From: Candidatus Bathyarchaeia archaeon
Lineage (GTDB): Archaea > Thermoproteota > CALKCG01 > B24
Assembly (NCBI GenBank): GCA_038870975.1
Contig: JAVZJD010000001.1
Coordinates: 928,001-992,000, forward strand
DNA: 64,000 nucleotides
Direction of reading: 5' to 3'
Part shown: piece after piece, positions 39,717 through 50,374 of the stretch
Position numbering within the stretch: position 1 is the stretch's first letter
Layout: each line of letters starts with the position of its first letter
Notes under the pieces: generated by a model
Database searches by the model: none
Seen by the model: only the letters and a program-made list of their open reading frames with translations
Told to the model about the DNA's origin: nothing
Position numbers and translations under genes: made by a program

Positions 39717-41011
39717 TCATTGAAAAGCTTTTTAGCTATTTCAAGTGTTGGAACCATAGGGTCTAAAGCAAGGGCTTGAACCGCGAGCTGTCTATCCCCC
39801 GTTAATGCAGCTTCAACTGTTAGCTCTTGCTGGGCTATTCTCTGCTGTAGGATTGCCTCTACACCTTTAGGTAGTCTGCCGACGTTTACGCCTTTAAATC
39901 CAAGTGGGCTCACTACTACTGGTATTTCTACGACTGCGTCGTCTGGAAGCCCCTCTATGCATCCATTGTTAGGTATGTTCGCGCCCTCGAATAGTCTAAC
40001 TTGGTTTTTAACGATAATCTCCATAAGTTCATATGCAAACGAATGTTCAGCTATGCCTTTACGCTGTTCAACCAGCTCTTTAATAGGCCTTCTCCCGTCA
40101 GCCCAACCCGAGACCATCTCCCATACTTGGTTTCTCCACTCTTCACGGTATATGGTATCGCCTGGGAATAGCTTAAGCCCGTACTTAGCGCCATAGTTTG
40201 CCTCTTGACATAGGAAGTATGGGAAGAATTCAGCCACATGTGAATCTCCCTGTACAGGGTATAATCCGAATATTTCCATAAGCTCTACGGAAACATATGC
40301 ATGGAATGGCTTGCCCGTTTTAACGGCCTCATCCCTCATAGCTACGATTTTACGTTTAAACTCAGGGTATACGTCTCTACCGTTTGCATAGGCTTCTAAA
40401 ACCCACGTTAGATGGTTTACACCAGCCGCTGTAAAAACTAAATCCTCAGGTTTACAGCCTACAGCTCTAGATATGAAGTACCTAGGTGCTTTAACACCAG
40501 TACATAAACCTATGACATTCGCCTTAGTCGTTTTTCTAGCGGCTCTACACATAGTGGTCAGTGGGTTTGCCTCGTTGAAGACTACAGCATTTGGACAGAG
40601 CTTCTCCACGTCACGGCAGATCTCCACCATTGGAATTACATGCCTTAGGGCTCTTGAGAAACCAGCCGGACCTACCGTATCAGCAACCGTATGGTATATG
40701 CCGTACTTCTCCGCCACTTTAACGTCTGCCTCTATTCCTCTTATACCGCCTACTGCTATAGTTATTATGACGAAATCTGCATTCTTAAGAAGATCCCTTC
40801 TATCAGTGCTGGCTTCTACTTTAAGCCCAGCTTTAGTTTCCTCTAATATCCTTGAAGCAACCTTTTCCATTATTTTAAGCTTCTCTTCATCGATGTCTAC
40901 AAGTCCTATCTCTATGTCTCTGAATACGTCTGAGGTCGCCATTTCAGCTAAGAGCCCCGGCGTAAAGGCTAAACTTCCAGCTCCTATTACAACAAGCTTC
41001 AAATCCGTCAC
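39671..41011 (-). CDS. NAD-dependent glycoside hydrolase family 4 (alpha-galactosidase/glucosidase)
   Basis: IGAGS, DTVGPAG, ANP, GLC, GVNHLTW. Confidence 0.92.
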   Translation of the reverse strand: MTDLKLVVIGAGSLAFTPGLLAEMATSDVFRDIEIGLVDIDEEKLKIMEKVASRILEETKAGLKVEASTDRRDLLKNADFVIITIAVGGIRGIEADVKVAEKYGIYHTVADTVGPAGFSRALRHVIPMVEICRDVEKLCPNAVVFNEANPLTTMCRAARKTTKANVIGLCTGVKAPRYFISRAVGCKPEDLVFTAAGVNHLTWVLEAYANGRDVYPEFKRKIVAMRDEAVKTGKPFHAYVSVELMEIFGLYPVQGDSHVAEFFPYFLCQEANYGAKYGLKLFPGDTIYREEWRNQVWEMVSGWADGRRPIKELVEQRKGIAEHSFAYELMEIIVKNQVRLFEGANIPNNGCIEGLPDDAVVEIPVVVSPLGFKGVNVGRLPKGVEAILQQRIAQQELTVEAALTGDRQLAVQALALDPMVPTLEIAKKLFNDYLEAHKQYLTQFEK

Positions 41012-41064
41012 AGCTTTCTCTATAGTTCGTATAGTATTTAAGTCTAGTGTAGAACATTATCACG

Positions 41065-41664
41065 CTAAGTACTATGGGGAGTTTCATTCAAAATTCCAGG
41101 TAGGATTTTTCCAAGCCTCACCCAGTCTTCTTCTAAAAGCTTCTTCATCGACGGGTTGTAGAGGGCTGAAGCGGGATGATACATGACTACTATATGCGCG
41201 TTATACGTCGACACTTCAACTCTGAATACTTTACCGTGAAGCCTATTCATAGAGCTGTATGGTAGCCCGTATTTAGTCAAAAGATAGTTTGCCGCTACAG
41301 AACCTAAAGCCACCAACACTGTGGGCTTCAGAATATCTATCTGTCTATCTAAATACTGGCTGCACATTTTCACCTGCTCATCAGTAGCCTTATTATCTGG
41401 AAGATAGCACTTGACTACATTGGTTATGTACAGCTTCCCTCTTTCAAGCCCAGCTAAAGCTAAGAGACTGTTGAGAAATTTCCCAGCGGCGCCTACAAAA
41501 GGCCTCCCTTCAAGATTCTCATAATAGCCGGGCCCTAACCCAACCAGCATAATTCTACTATTTAGAGGCCCTTCTCCTACGACCTTATGTCTACTCCCCC
41601 TCCATAAACTGCATTTTCTGCAGTTTTCAACTTCTAATTTAAGGTGCTCATAGGAGTCTTCCAT
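41065..41664 (-). CDS. udg: Uracil-DNA glycosylase family 4
   Basis: CRKCSL, GPG..E..EGRPFVGAAG, TNVVKC, YHPASALY. Confidence 0.9.
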   Translation of the reverse strand: MEDSYEHLKLEVENCRKCSLWRGSRHKVVGEGPLNSRIMLVGLGPGYYENLEGRPFVGAAGKFLNSLLALAGLERGKLYITNVVKCYLPDNKATDEQVKMCSQYLDRQIDILKPTVLVALGSVAANYLLTKYGLPYSSMNRLHGKVFRVEVSTYNAHIVVMYHPASALYNPSMKKLLEEDWVRLGKILPGILNETPHST

Positions 41665-41812
41665 CGTAGCTCTACATTGAAAAATATCATTGAAAACGAT
41701 TAATTAAATTAAACGTCGCAGATTTCTATGGCCTTCCAAGGAAACACGAACGGCTTAATATTCAAACTGGATAGTCCTCCGAAGACTTAATATTTGATAT
41801 TCCCTATAAGGA

Positions 41813-42679
41813 GTGGAGGCTATGTACGCAGTAGTAGACAATGCATTCAACGGTGCTGTTAAGAAGTTTAGAGCAAACTACCACGTCCACACGCGTATGA
41901 GTGACGGCTCTTCAGAACCACTAGATTACTTTGAAAAAGCAGCTGAAGCGGGACTCGTAGAGATAGGGTTTACAGACCACCTCGTAATACTAGATGATGC
42001 CAGTATAGGTTTAGGCTCTCTAAATGTAGATGAATTAGACTCTTACATTGAAGCGATAGATGCACTTAAGGAGTCCTCTAAAAAAGTGGCTGTTAAGTGT
42101 GGTTTGGAGGTAGACTATACGCCGGGAGGGATTAAACGAGTTGAAGAAATCCTAGAATCCTACGGGAGCCGTTTAGACTACACGTTGATGGGCGTTCATA
42201 TAATCGATGACTTCCACTTCGACACTCCAGAGTCGATTACAACATGGATGAATTTAAGCCAAGAAAAAATCGACAAACTATATGAAAGATACTATGAACT
42301 CGTTCGAGAAGGCGTTGAAACTGGAATTTTCACAGTAGTCGCCCATTTAGATATTGTGAAGAAATTCGGGTTTAAATCATCAAGAGAGTATTTGAAGCAG
42401 GTGGAATCCATACTGGAATCGGTTAAAACACTAGACATGGCAGTTGAAGTAAGTTCAGCGGGGTTACGACACCCAGTTCGAGAACTATACCCTTCAGGTA
42501 GAATAGTAGATATTTTGGCCTTCTTCCAGGTGCCTGTAACAATGGCTACAGATGCTCATAAGCCTGAAGACGTTTCAGCCGGGCTGGAATTCGTCGCTGA
42601 GCTTATAAAGGCGAAGAACCTCCCCCTAGCCATACCTGGTAATGGACTTACAATACTGAATCCACTTGAAATCCTCTAG
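41813..42679 (+). CDS. PHP-family histidinol-phosphatase-like protein
   Basis: YHVHT, FTDH, GLEVD, AHLD, TDAH. Confidence 0.85.
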   Translation: MEAMYAVVDNAFNGAVKKFRANYHVHTRMSDGSSEPLDYFEKAAEAGLVEIGFTDHLVILDDASIGLGSLNVDELDSYIEAIDALKESSKKVAVKCGLEVDYTPGGIKRVEEILESYGSRLDYTLMGVHIIDDFHFDTPESITTWMNLSQEKIDKLYERYYELVREGVETGIFTVVAHLDIVKKFGFKSSREYLKQVESILESVKTLDMAVEVSSAGLRHPVRELYPSGRIVDILAFFQVPVTMATDAHKPEDVSAGLEFVAELIKAKNLPLAIPGNGLTILNPLEIL

Positions 42680-42708
42680 CGGAGAACCTTCCCAGCTTAA
42701 ACCGAAAA

Positions 42709-43491
42709 CTACTTCAGAAAAACCTGGGATATTTCTGAAGGATTCTTCGGATTAATCGTTAGAGCAAATGGCCTACCACGATAAGCACTCGTCGAACTAA
42801 CCGTAATCACTCTACCATTATGTTCAGAGTAATACCCTTTTAAGGCTTTCATCGGCTCATGGCTTCTAACAATCCTCTTAACACCCAATCTTCGACAGAC
42901 TTCCTCTGTGACATCTATTCCAAATTCAACGCCAACCCCCCTTCTATTCGGGTATTCCCCATATCCTTCAAAGGGGTCCGACCAGAGAACATCTATTTCG
43001 ACAATTTTTAACGGTCTTCTTAAGTCTTCCAAGCTTGTGATTTTACGCGATACCCCTCCATGAACTAAAAGCACTTCATTGGGTATTACCGCAGCCAAGT
43101 ACAATTGTTCAATAAATGGTTTAAGCTCGCTACGGAAATAATTGACCCAATCTCCCTTTTTCCTAATCGCCTCCCTTACTAGATCACACGGATAAAACTT
43201 TGGAGCTCCATCTTCAGTATAGTCTTCATGGTTACCCTTCAACGCTACAACCCTCCCATGGTATTTTCTCAGCAGTGTAGCCACGGTTTCAATGACTTCT
43301 ACTCCATGTCTCCCTCTATCAGCATAGTCTCCGAGAAAGACGAGGAAATTCCCCTCTTTCTCAGCTATTTTAACAATAGGATCTAGCACACTATAATCGC
43401 CGTGGATATCGCCAAACACTATAATCCGATCGATAATGCTAAGTACTTTCCATGTAAATTCGAATAAACAGGTTCTTGCGGAAGCCAACAA
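42709..43491 (-). CDS. PPP-family Ser/Thr protein phosphatase
   Basis: GDIHG, GDYADRG, GNHE, HGG, LWSDP, RSHE. Confidence 0.9.
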   Translation of the reverse strand: MLASARTCLFEFTWKVLSIIDRIIVFGDIHGDYSVLDPIVKIAEKEGNFLVFLGDYADRGRHGVEVIETVATLLRKYHGRVVALKGNHEDYTEDGAPKFYPCDLVREAIRKKGDWVNYFRSELKPFIEQLYLAAVIPNEVLLVHGGVSRKITSLEDLRRPLKIVEIDVLWSDPFEGYGEYPNRRGVGVEFGIDVTEEVCRRLGVKRIVRSHEPMKALKGYYSEHNGRVITVSSTSAYRGRPFALTINPKNPSEISQVFLK

Positions 43492-43530
43492 TTTAAAATG
43501 GTTACGGTACTCTCCTTAAACTTTACCACG

Positions 43531-44298
43531 TTAGATGAGCATCATAGTCTTCAGAATCCTCTCAACATCTTCCAGTGCCACTGTAGTCTTCAGTCTCTCA
43601 CCCAATAAAATAGATTCATATAGATCGTCGTCAAACCTCACAACTCCATCGATTTTGACTTTAAGCTTTTCAGCTTCTCTTTTGATTATAGCCCAAACTC
43701 TAGGAGTGATCTTATTGGCTATGATCCAATAGCTTTTACCGAGCTTGCTGGCTACGTTTCTGAGAAGCACAGCCGACTGTAGAGATTCAGCCGTAGGATC
43801 TACAACTATAACTATGCAGTCCACAGCTTCCTCTACTCTTCTGCCTACATGCTCTATGCCGGCATCTGTATCTACTAGGACTATTTCATTGTCTTCCAAA
43901 ACCAAGTTCTTCAAAACTATTCTAGTTAAAATGTTGAATGGGCATGCACACCCTTCACCATACTCTCTTACTTTACCTATTGTAACCAGCCCAATCTCCT
44001 CCTCAGAGTATGATATGTACTTATCAGGTAGAAGCTTCAGCTTCACACCCGAGCCAGTTCTAGCTAAAATTCTAGCTACATCAAGCTCCCTCTTCTCAAG
44101 CTCACTTTCATCCATCTTACCGCCAATATACTCGATTAAAGGCGTAGGTGGGTTTACACCAAGAAGCTTAGGGAGGAGAATATTAGATTCATCTGAATCT
44201 ACGATGTAAACCCTATACTTTCCCGTTAAAACCCTCGACATGAGAACTGTTAACGCAGTCTTACCAGACCCACCCTTACCGCAAACCATAATCTTCAT
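43531..44298 (-). CDS. cooC: CooC-type nickel-insertion ATPase
   Basis: GKGGSGKT, GCACP, DTDAGIEH. Confidence 0.85.
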   Translation of the reverse strand: MKIMVCGKGGSGKTALTVLMSRVLTGKYRVYIVDSDESNILLPKLLGVNPPTPLIEYIGGKMDESELEKRELDVARILARTGSGVKLKLLPDKYISYSEEEIGLVTIGKVREYGEGCACPFNILTRIVLKNLVLEDNEIVLVDTDAGIEHVGRRVEEAVDCIVIVVDPTAESLQSAVLLRNVASKLGKSYWIIANKITPRVWAIIKREAEKLKVKIDGVVRFDDDLYESILLGERLKTTVALEDVERILKTMMLI

Positions 44299-44441
44299 AT
44301 TTTTCTCAACTGTCTAATTGATTGGGAAACCGTTTAAACTTTATGAAAACCTCTAAAAACCACCTTCATCGAGTTGCGAGGGATTAAACTTAGCCGTTGA
44401 TTAAGGTGTTAATCTTAAGAGCTCCCACAGCTACTTCATAA

Positions 44442-45434
44442 GTGTCTCTTATGAAGGCTAAACGTGTGGTTTTTCAAAGCAAAGGTGTTGTTAAAGTTGA
44501 AGATTTTGAAATCGGTAAACCTCAACCCGGCTATCTACTCATCAAAACGATCTGCAGTCTTATAAGCCCTGGTACTGAAACGGCATTTCTAATGGCTCTT
44601 CCGAATACACCGGGGGTCTTCCCACAGTATCCGGGCTACTCAAACATAGGCATAGTTGAAGAAGTTGGTGAAAACGTTAAAGATTTTAAACCCGGCGACC
44701 TTGTAGCATCAGCGGCGGGGCACAGTAGTTACGTATTGGTTTCTAAAGATGAAGCTTTGAAAGTTCCAGAGGGTTTACCAGTCGAAGAGGCGTCTTTTTT
44801 CAACCTTGCAGCCATAGCCTTACAGGGCGTTAGAAAGGGTTTCATAGAGTTGGGGAGTTCAGTCGTAGTCGTAGGTCAAGGTCTTGTAGGACTATTAGCT
44901 ATGCAGTTTGCGGCATTGAGCGGCGCTTATCCTCTTATAACAGTAGACACAATCACCAGTCGTCTTAAGCTTTCAGCCAAACTTGGAGCGGACTACACGG
45001 TAAATCCAGCAGAAGTAGATGCTGTTGAGGAGGTTATGCGTTTAACCGATGGACGTGGAGCAGACGTCGTTATAGAGGCTACTGGAAACCCCGATGCGAT
45101 TCCTACGGCTTTAAACATGGCTGGTAGACTTGGTAGAGTGGTGATCTTAGGAAGTCCTAGGGGGTTGTCAACCGTCAACTTTTACATGCCAATCCATAGA
45201 AAAGGGTTGATAGTAGTAGGTGCGCATTCCAATGTTAGACCGATGTTTGAATCATTGCCACACTTCTGGACCCAGAAGGATGATATGGGCCTCGCTTTAA
45301 AACTTATGGCTAAAGGTAGGCTTAAAGTGAGAGAACTCATAAGTGTAAAACTGCCTGTTGAAAAAGCCCCTGAGGCGTATAGGCTCATAATGGAGAAGAA
45401 GGAGGAAACCCTAGGAGTACTACTATATTATTAA
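44442..45434 (+). CDS. MDR/zinc-binding dehydrogenase family
   Basis: ISPGTE, YPGYSN, GQGLVG. Confidence 0.85.
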   Translation: MSLMKAKRVVFQSKGVVKVEDFEIGKPQPGYLLIKTICSLISPGTETAFLMALPNTPGVFPQYPGYSNIGIVEEVGENVKDFKPGDLVASAAGHSSYVLVSKDEALKVPEGLPVEEASFFNLAAIALQGVRKGFIELGSSVVVVGQGLVGLLAMQFAALSGAYPLITVDTITSRLKLSAKLGADYTVNPAEVDAVEEVMRLTDGRGADVVIEATGNPDAIPTALNMAGRLGRVVILGSPRGLSTVNFYMPIHRKGLIVVGAHSNVRPMFESLPHFWTQKDDMGLALKLMAKGRLKVRELISVKLPVEKAPEAYRLIMEKKEETLGVLLYY

Positions 45435-45577
45435 TTCATTTTCATTATAATTTATCTACATCTCTAGTCTACAGACTCATTGTAGGATGACTAGACCAGT
45501 AATCGACTAAGGAAGCCTGAGTATTAAATAAAACTTGGAAAATGGAGAGAGTTTACAATATTGCTGACCGTACTCTA

Positions 45578-46528
45578 TCAAACCTCTAGCGACTTCTTTA
45601 GAAGCTCTAAGTCGATTACACCTGCACTGTATACCTTCCCATCTCTGATATTGTTGACCGTTAAATGGGCTGGACTGAATATGGCTGGATCTATCTTGTA
45701 GAAGTCGTAGCCAGCCTCCTTGAAAATTTCGAAGAAGGGTTTACCGTAGATTTTTGAAGCCGAAGAAGGAGCTTTCTTAACATAGTCTTCTAGATCCGTC
45801 CCCTCGTAGTCCACCGTTAAGAAGACTTGACCTGAAGCTATTATCACGTCGTTCGTCCTACCCATGGCTCTTGCAAACTTAGGATGTATAGGTGCTATTG
45901 GAGCAATTCCAGCACCATAGACTATTTTCTTAGGGTCGAATCCGAGCTCAGTGAGCTTATGGATACCTGTTTCAACGATCCGCCCAGATATCTGTGTACA
46001 TCCAGCTATGCTGGATGTTGGTGTTATCACAGAATAAACCTTGCTGGGATCTACGTGGCATTTATCTGCTATATACTTAAAGACTTCCGCAGAAGGATAC
46101 TTGTCTGTTTCAAATACTATAACCGCTACGTCGGATTCATCCTTATACTGGATTTTACGGTAGAGCTCTTTAGGCTCTTGAGATATGGCTCTCGCCGGAC
46201 CAGAGCCTAACGCGAAAAAGTCTCCAACTTTAATCCTCCATCCCGCGAACTGCGAACCCAGTGTAGCTATACACGGTTCATCTGTATATACCACTACCGC
46301 TGGTAGTACGAGATCGCCATACTTTTGAACCGTTAAACAGGCTCTACCCAGTCCACCCATGCAGATCTCAGTTATCTTTAAACCAGTCTCATATCCTCCT
46401 CTGGCTTTAACGCCAGCATCCACAATAACTCCACCGTTTTCAACCTTCTCCACTTTAACACCGTAGTATTCTGGGTTTGAAATAACTTCTTCAAGTATTT
46501 TTAAAGCCCCTCGGTTTACGCTAAACAT
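45578..46528 (-). CDS. mch: Methenyltetrahydromethanopterin cyclohydrolase
   Basis: EICMGGLG, LGSQFAGW, GSGPARA, QISGRIVETGIHK, MGRTND, FYKIDP. Confidence 0.95.
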   Translation of the reverse strand: MFSVNRGALKILEEVISNPEYYGVKVEKVENGGVIVDAGVKARGGYETGLKITEICMGGLGRACLTVQKYGDLVLPAVVVYTDEPCIATLGSQFAGWRIKVGDFFALGSGPARAISQEPKELYRKIQYKDESDVAVIVFETDKYPSAEVFKYIADKCHVDPSKVYSVITPTSSIAGCTQISGRIVETGIHKLTELGFDPKKIVYGAGIAPIAPIHPKFARAMGRTNDVIIASGQVFLTVDYEGTDLEDYVKKAPSSASKIYGKPFFEIFKEAGYDFYKIDPAIFSPAHLTVNNIRDGKVYSAGVIDLELLKKSLEV

Positions 46529-46645
46529 ACCCTAAGACACCTCGTGGATTATTTCTACGGTGGTCGTATAATAGTTTTTACTTTCAACACTGATAACACA
46601 CTTTATTACAGTAACATACTATCTTATTTCCGGGAGGTTGCAGGT

Positions 46646-47725
46646 TTGAACTCTAGAGAACGTTGCATTAGAAGTATACGCCATGAAGAACTCGATAGGA
46701 TCCCTCTTGTATTTAGAAGTAGGCCTGAACCCTTTAAAGCACTTATGGAGAGGTTTAGCCTCTCAAACGCGGAAGACCTATACAAGATTCTACACATAGA
46801 TATTAGAGGAACAGGTATAGGTATTAAGGGCGGCTATCTTCCTAAGAATGTCGAGGTTAAAGAGGGACCTTACGGGCCGGCTTACACGGTCGGCGAATAC
46901 ATGGGGTTTGAAGTTAGAAGAGACCTATGGGGTGTTGAGAGCATTTGGGCACCGAATAGAACATACACGTATACATACTACAAGCATCCGTTGCAGCATA
47001 TTCCGCTTGAAGAGTACAAGTGGCCTGAAGTATCCGTGGAAGATTTCGATGCGGTGGTTAAAGCACGTAGAATATATGAAGACTACTGTCTCTGTGGGGG
47101 TGTTGAACACATGTGGGAGATCGCTTGGCAACTTGTCGGCTTCAAAGAGATTATAAAGCTCATGTTTACTAAGCCAAGCTACGTTAACTCCGTGCTAGAT
47201 GGTCTTCATAAGATTCGAATGCAGCAGGCTAAGCTCCAATGTGAAGCTGGTGTAGACGTAATATACGATGGTGATGACGTCGGTATGCAGAAGGGTATGA
47301 TGATGTCTCCAGAGATGTGGAGACGCTTCCTAAAGCCTAAGTATAAGGAACTTATCGACCTCTGCCATAGATATGGTGTATTCTTCCACTTCCATAGCGA
47401 TGGATGGATCGAACCGATAATTCCAGACCTTATCGAGATAGGCGTAGATATATTGAACCCTGTTCAACCAGAATGCATGGATCCTGTTAAACTTAAGAGA
47501 CTTTATGGGGATAAGCTCTGCTTCGAGGGGACGATAGGTGTTCAAAGCACACTACCATTTGGAACGCCTGAAGACGTAGCTAGAGAAGTTAAATGGAGAA
47601 TAGAAGAGTTGGGACCTACGGGTTTAATTCTAGGGCCAACGCATGCAATACAGCCGGATACTCCCATAGACAATATAATAGCACTATATGAAGCGGCTTT
47701 GAAATACGGCACTTTTAAACGTTAA
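46646..47725 (+). CDS. URO-D/MtaA-CmuA family methyltransferase
   Basis: LDRIP, GDDVGMQ, FHSDG, LNPVQPECMD, PTHAIQ; TTG 46646 after GGAGG (track start 46544). Confidence 0.85.
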   Translation: MNSRERCIRSIRHEELDRIPLVFRSRPEPFKALMERFSLSNAEDLYKILHIDIRGTGIGIKGGYLPKNVEVKEGPYGPAYTVGEYMGFEVRRDLWGVESIWAPNRTYTYTYYKHPLQHIPLEEYKWPEVSVEDFDAVVKARRIYEDYCLCGGVEHMWEIAWQLVGFKEIIKLMFTKPSYVNSVLDGLHKIRMQQAKLQCEAGVDVIYDGDDVGMQKGMMMSPEMWRRFLKPKYKELIDLCHRYGVFFHFHSDGWIEPIIPDLIEIGVDILNPVQPECMDPVKLKRLYGDKLCFEGTIGVQSTLPFGTPEDVAREVKWRIEELGPTGLILGPTHAIQPDTPIDNIIALYEAALKYGTFKR

Positions 47726-49460
47726 CCTCTTTAATCAGAGGAATAAGCTCACCCTTGTCTACGTCGAACAATCCTCTATCTGTAATTCTGACATGGGGTA
47801 TCACTGGTAATGTTAGTAGACTTATTAAAGGTATGGGTGCCTCCTCCTCTAAACCCAGCTTTCTTTCAGCTCTTCTAAATTCTCTGAATTGTTCAGCGAC
47901 TTTTTCAACAGGCTCCTCGCTCATTAATCCTGCGACTGGGAGCTCTAAAATAGATAAGACCTCTCCGTTTAAAACGGCAACGTAGCCTCCCTGCGCCCTT
48001 CTAAGGGCTTCCCACGCTTTCAACATGTCAAACGGCGATTTACCTAAGATAACCATATTGTGGGAGTCGTGTGCAACTGTCGACGCTATGGCTCCTCCCT
48101 TAATATTCAACCCGTCTATCAATGCTTTAGCCATACCGCCGGTTTTTCCATGCCTTTCGACGACGACGGCTAAAGCATAATTCAGAAGCTGGATGAAGCC
48201 ATTTTCAACTGGAAGCCTATCCTCTCTAAGCCTTGTTTCAAACCCTCTAACCTCTATAATATTCACACGTGCTGAACCACGCTGAACAGGGGCTTTAACC
48301 ATAAAATCTTCAACTTTCAAATCGGCTGTTTTAACCGTCCTCCTAGCCCATTCTGGGAAGAATTTCGGAGCCATTTGAACTATGAGTTTTCCATTTCTAA
48401 CGATCAATTTACCGTTTGAGTAAACATCTACTATTTCGAATTTTTCAAGGTTTTTCAGTAGAATTAAATCTGCGAGTTTACCCGGAGCTATACCTCCTCT
48501 ATCGTAAAGCCTCAAATGTTGAGCTGGTCTAATAGTTGCCGCCTGAATTGCTTCTACGGGGTCTAATCCATTCTCAATGGCGCTCCTCACAATACCATCT
48601 AAGTGTCCTCTTTCAACCAGTAGATCCGGCGACGTATCATCCGTAGCCAGTATAAGTCTAGACGCGGCTCCACTACTTTTAACGGCCATTATGAAATCCT
48701 TAGACTCCGCAAGGTGTCTGCGAATTTTAACCCAAATTCCAAGCCTAGCTTTTTCAACAACCTCCTCCACCGTGAAATTCTCATGGTCTGCTTCAACTCC
48801 AGTCGTTAAATAGGCATTTAAAACCCTCCCCTTAAGCATGGGTGCATGACCATCTATAGGAACTTTAAAAGATAAACCAACCCTCACAATATTCATTATT
48901 CTATTTGAAAGATTCACTACCCCACTGTAATCCATGACCTCGCCAAGCCCAAGAACCCCATCTATTTTAAGCATTTCAACAACATCTTCAGCAGTTATTT
49001 CAGCACCCGATTGCTCAAAGCCAGGTAGGGAGGGTACGCATGTCGGAGCCCAAAAATAGAGCTTAAGGTTTAACCCTCTAGAGTTTTCAATCATGGTTTT
49101 AACTCCTTCAACGCCTAATACATTAGCTATTTCATGTGGATCTGCGACTGCAGTAGTCACGCCGTGAGGTAATACGGCTTCAGCAAACCTCCAAGGGGTT
49201 ACCATACTGCTTTCAATATGAAGGTGTGAGTCTATTAAGCCAGGTATTAGAAACATGTCTTTTCCATCAACTACCTCAGAGGCTTCGAAGCCGTTATCTT
49301 CCCCTACGTAGCATATTCTGTCGTCTAGAATACCTACATTGGATTTATAAACTTCGCAGGTATACACGTTTACTAGGCTTACGTTTTTGAAGAAGATGCT
49401 AAGCCTCCTCTTACCTAATGCGGCTTCAATCAACTCCTTAAACTCAACCATACATTTCAA
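47715..49460 (-). CDS. ade: Adenine deaminase
   Basis: PGLIDSHLHIESS, DPHEIANV, DGHAP, DHE, TDD, AHDSHN. Confidence 0.92.
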   Translation of the reverse strand: MKCMVEFKELIEAALGKRRLSIFFKNVSLVNVYTCEVYKSNVGILDDRICYVGEDNGFEASEVVDGKDMFLIPGLIDSHLHIESSMVTPWRFAEAVLPHGVTTAVADPHEIANVLGVEGVKTMIENSRGLNLKLYFWAPTCVPSLPGFEQSGAEITAEDVVEMLKIDGVLGLGEVMDYSGVVNLSNRIMNIVRVGLSFKVPIDGHAPMLKGRVLNAYLTTGVEADHENFTVEEVVEKARLGIWVKIRRHLAESKDFIMAVKSSGAASRLILATDDTSPDLLVERGHLDGIVRSAIENGLDPVEAIQAATIRPAQHLRLYDRGGIAPGKLADLILLKNLEKFEIVDVYSNGKLIVRNGKLIVQMAPKFFPEWARRTVKTADLKVEDFMVKAPVQRGSARVNIIEVRGFETRLREDRLPVENGFIQLLNYALAVVVERHGKTGGMAKALIDGLNIKGGAIASTVAHDSHNMVILGKSPFDMLKAWEALRRAQGGYVAVLNGEVLSILELPVAGLMSEEPVEKVAEQFREFRRAERKLGLEEEAPIPLISLLTLPVIPHVRITDRGLFDVDKGELIPLIKEVNV

Positions 49461-49642
49461 GTATTCTCAACTACGAATTTAAAACTCTTTTTAGAGGTTT
49501 GCCGTACTTGTAGGGCTAGCATTTGTTTAACGCAGTGACGGAGACGTTTTAAATTTAACATTATGTAAAACCCCATACGAGCATCATAAAAACAAAGGAG
49601 TAGTTGGGTTCTGGCTCAGCTAGAATAGTGGAATCGCGTAGC

Positions 49643-50374
49643 CTACCTAATCGGCTCTAGTAAATCTAAAACTTCTCTCAGATTTTTTATAATGAAGTCT
49701 GGTTTAACGTTTGAATCTTCTAGTTTCTCCCCCTCTTTAAACTTCCATATCGCATACATGCCAACAGCCTTAGCTCCTCCTACATCCCTCTTTAAAGAAT
49801 CTCCAATATGTACTGCCTCATACGGTTCAACATCTAATTGATTTAAAGCGTAGTAGAAGATTTCCCTCCTAGGTTTACGCCACGTCGTCAGAGCAGAAGC
49901 TGCTATTGCGTCGAATAAATCGAAAACTTGAAATTTCTTCAAAATATCTTTAAGACCCTCATAGTCCGTAGTATTTGAGATTAAACCTAGTAGAAAACCG
50001 CGCTGTTTAAGTTCTTCTAAAACTTGCGTAGCACTTTCGTAGATAAATGTATCCTCTAGAGATGCCCGTCTGTAGGCTTCGTAAAGAGCTTCTATAAGAT
50101 CGTGGTGTTTCCTCTTAATGCCAAGGTTTAGAAGGATTAAGCTTATCCAATACTTACGGCAGAATTCAACATCCTCATCTAACATTTCAAAATATTCAGC
50201 CACCTTCCTAATGGAGTTTAAAACATCCGCTTCATTCAGAGAATATCCCAACTCTTTAAATCTGACTGTAAGTGCTCCAGCTCTAACTGGGAACCCTCCC
50301 TTAGAGTAGAAAAGCGTATCTCCAGCGTCGAAAAACACAGCTTTAACCTTCAAAGCCACCCTCCTAATAATCAC
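49643..50374 (-). CDS. HAD-superfamily hydrolase
   Basis: FDAGDTL, ISN, KP, HIGDSLKRDV. Confidence 0.9.
   Translation of the reverse strand: MIIRRVALKVKAVFFDAGDTLFYSKGGFPVRAGALTVRFKELGYSLNEADVLNSIRKVAEYFEMLDEDVEFCRKYWISLILLNLGIKRKHHDLIEALYEAYRRASLEDTFIYESATQVLEELKQRGFLLGLISNTTDYEGLKDILKKFQVFDLFDAIAASALTTWRKPRREIFYYALNQLDVEPYEAVHIGDSLKRDVGGAKAVGMYAIWKFKEGEKLEDSNVKPDFIIKNLREVLDLLEPIR

Noticed and set aside
40473-41186. Long antisense ORFs (also 3272..3838, 25263..25706, 43745..44209, 60263..60814 and others)
   Set aside because: Shadows of well-supported genes on the opposite strand, with no motifs of their own
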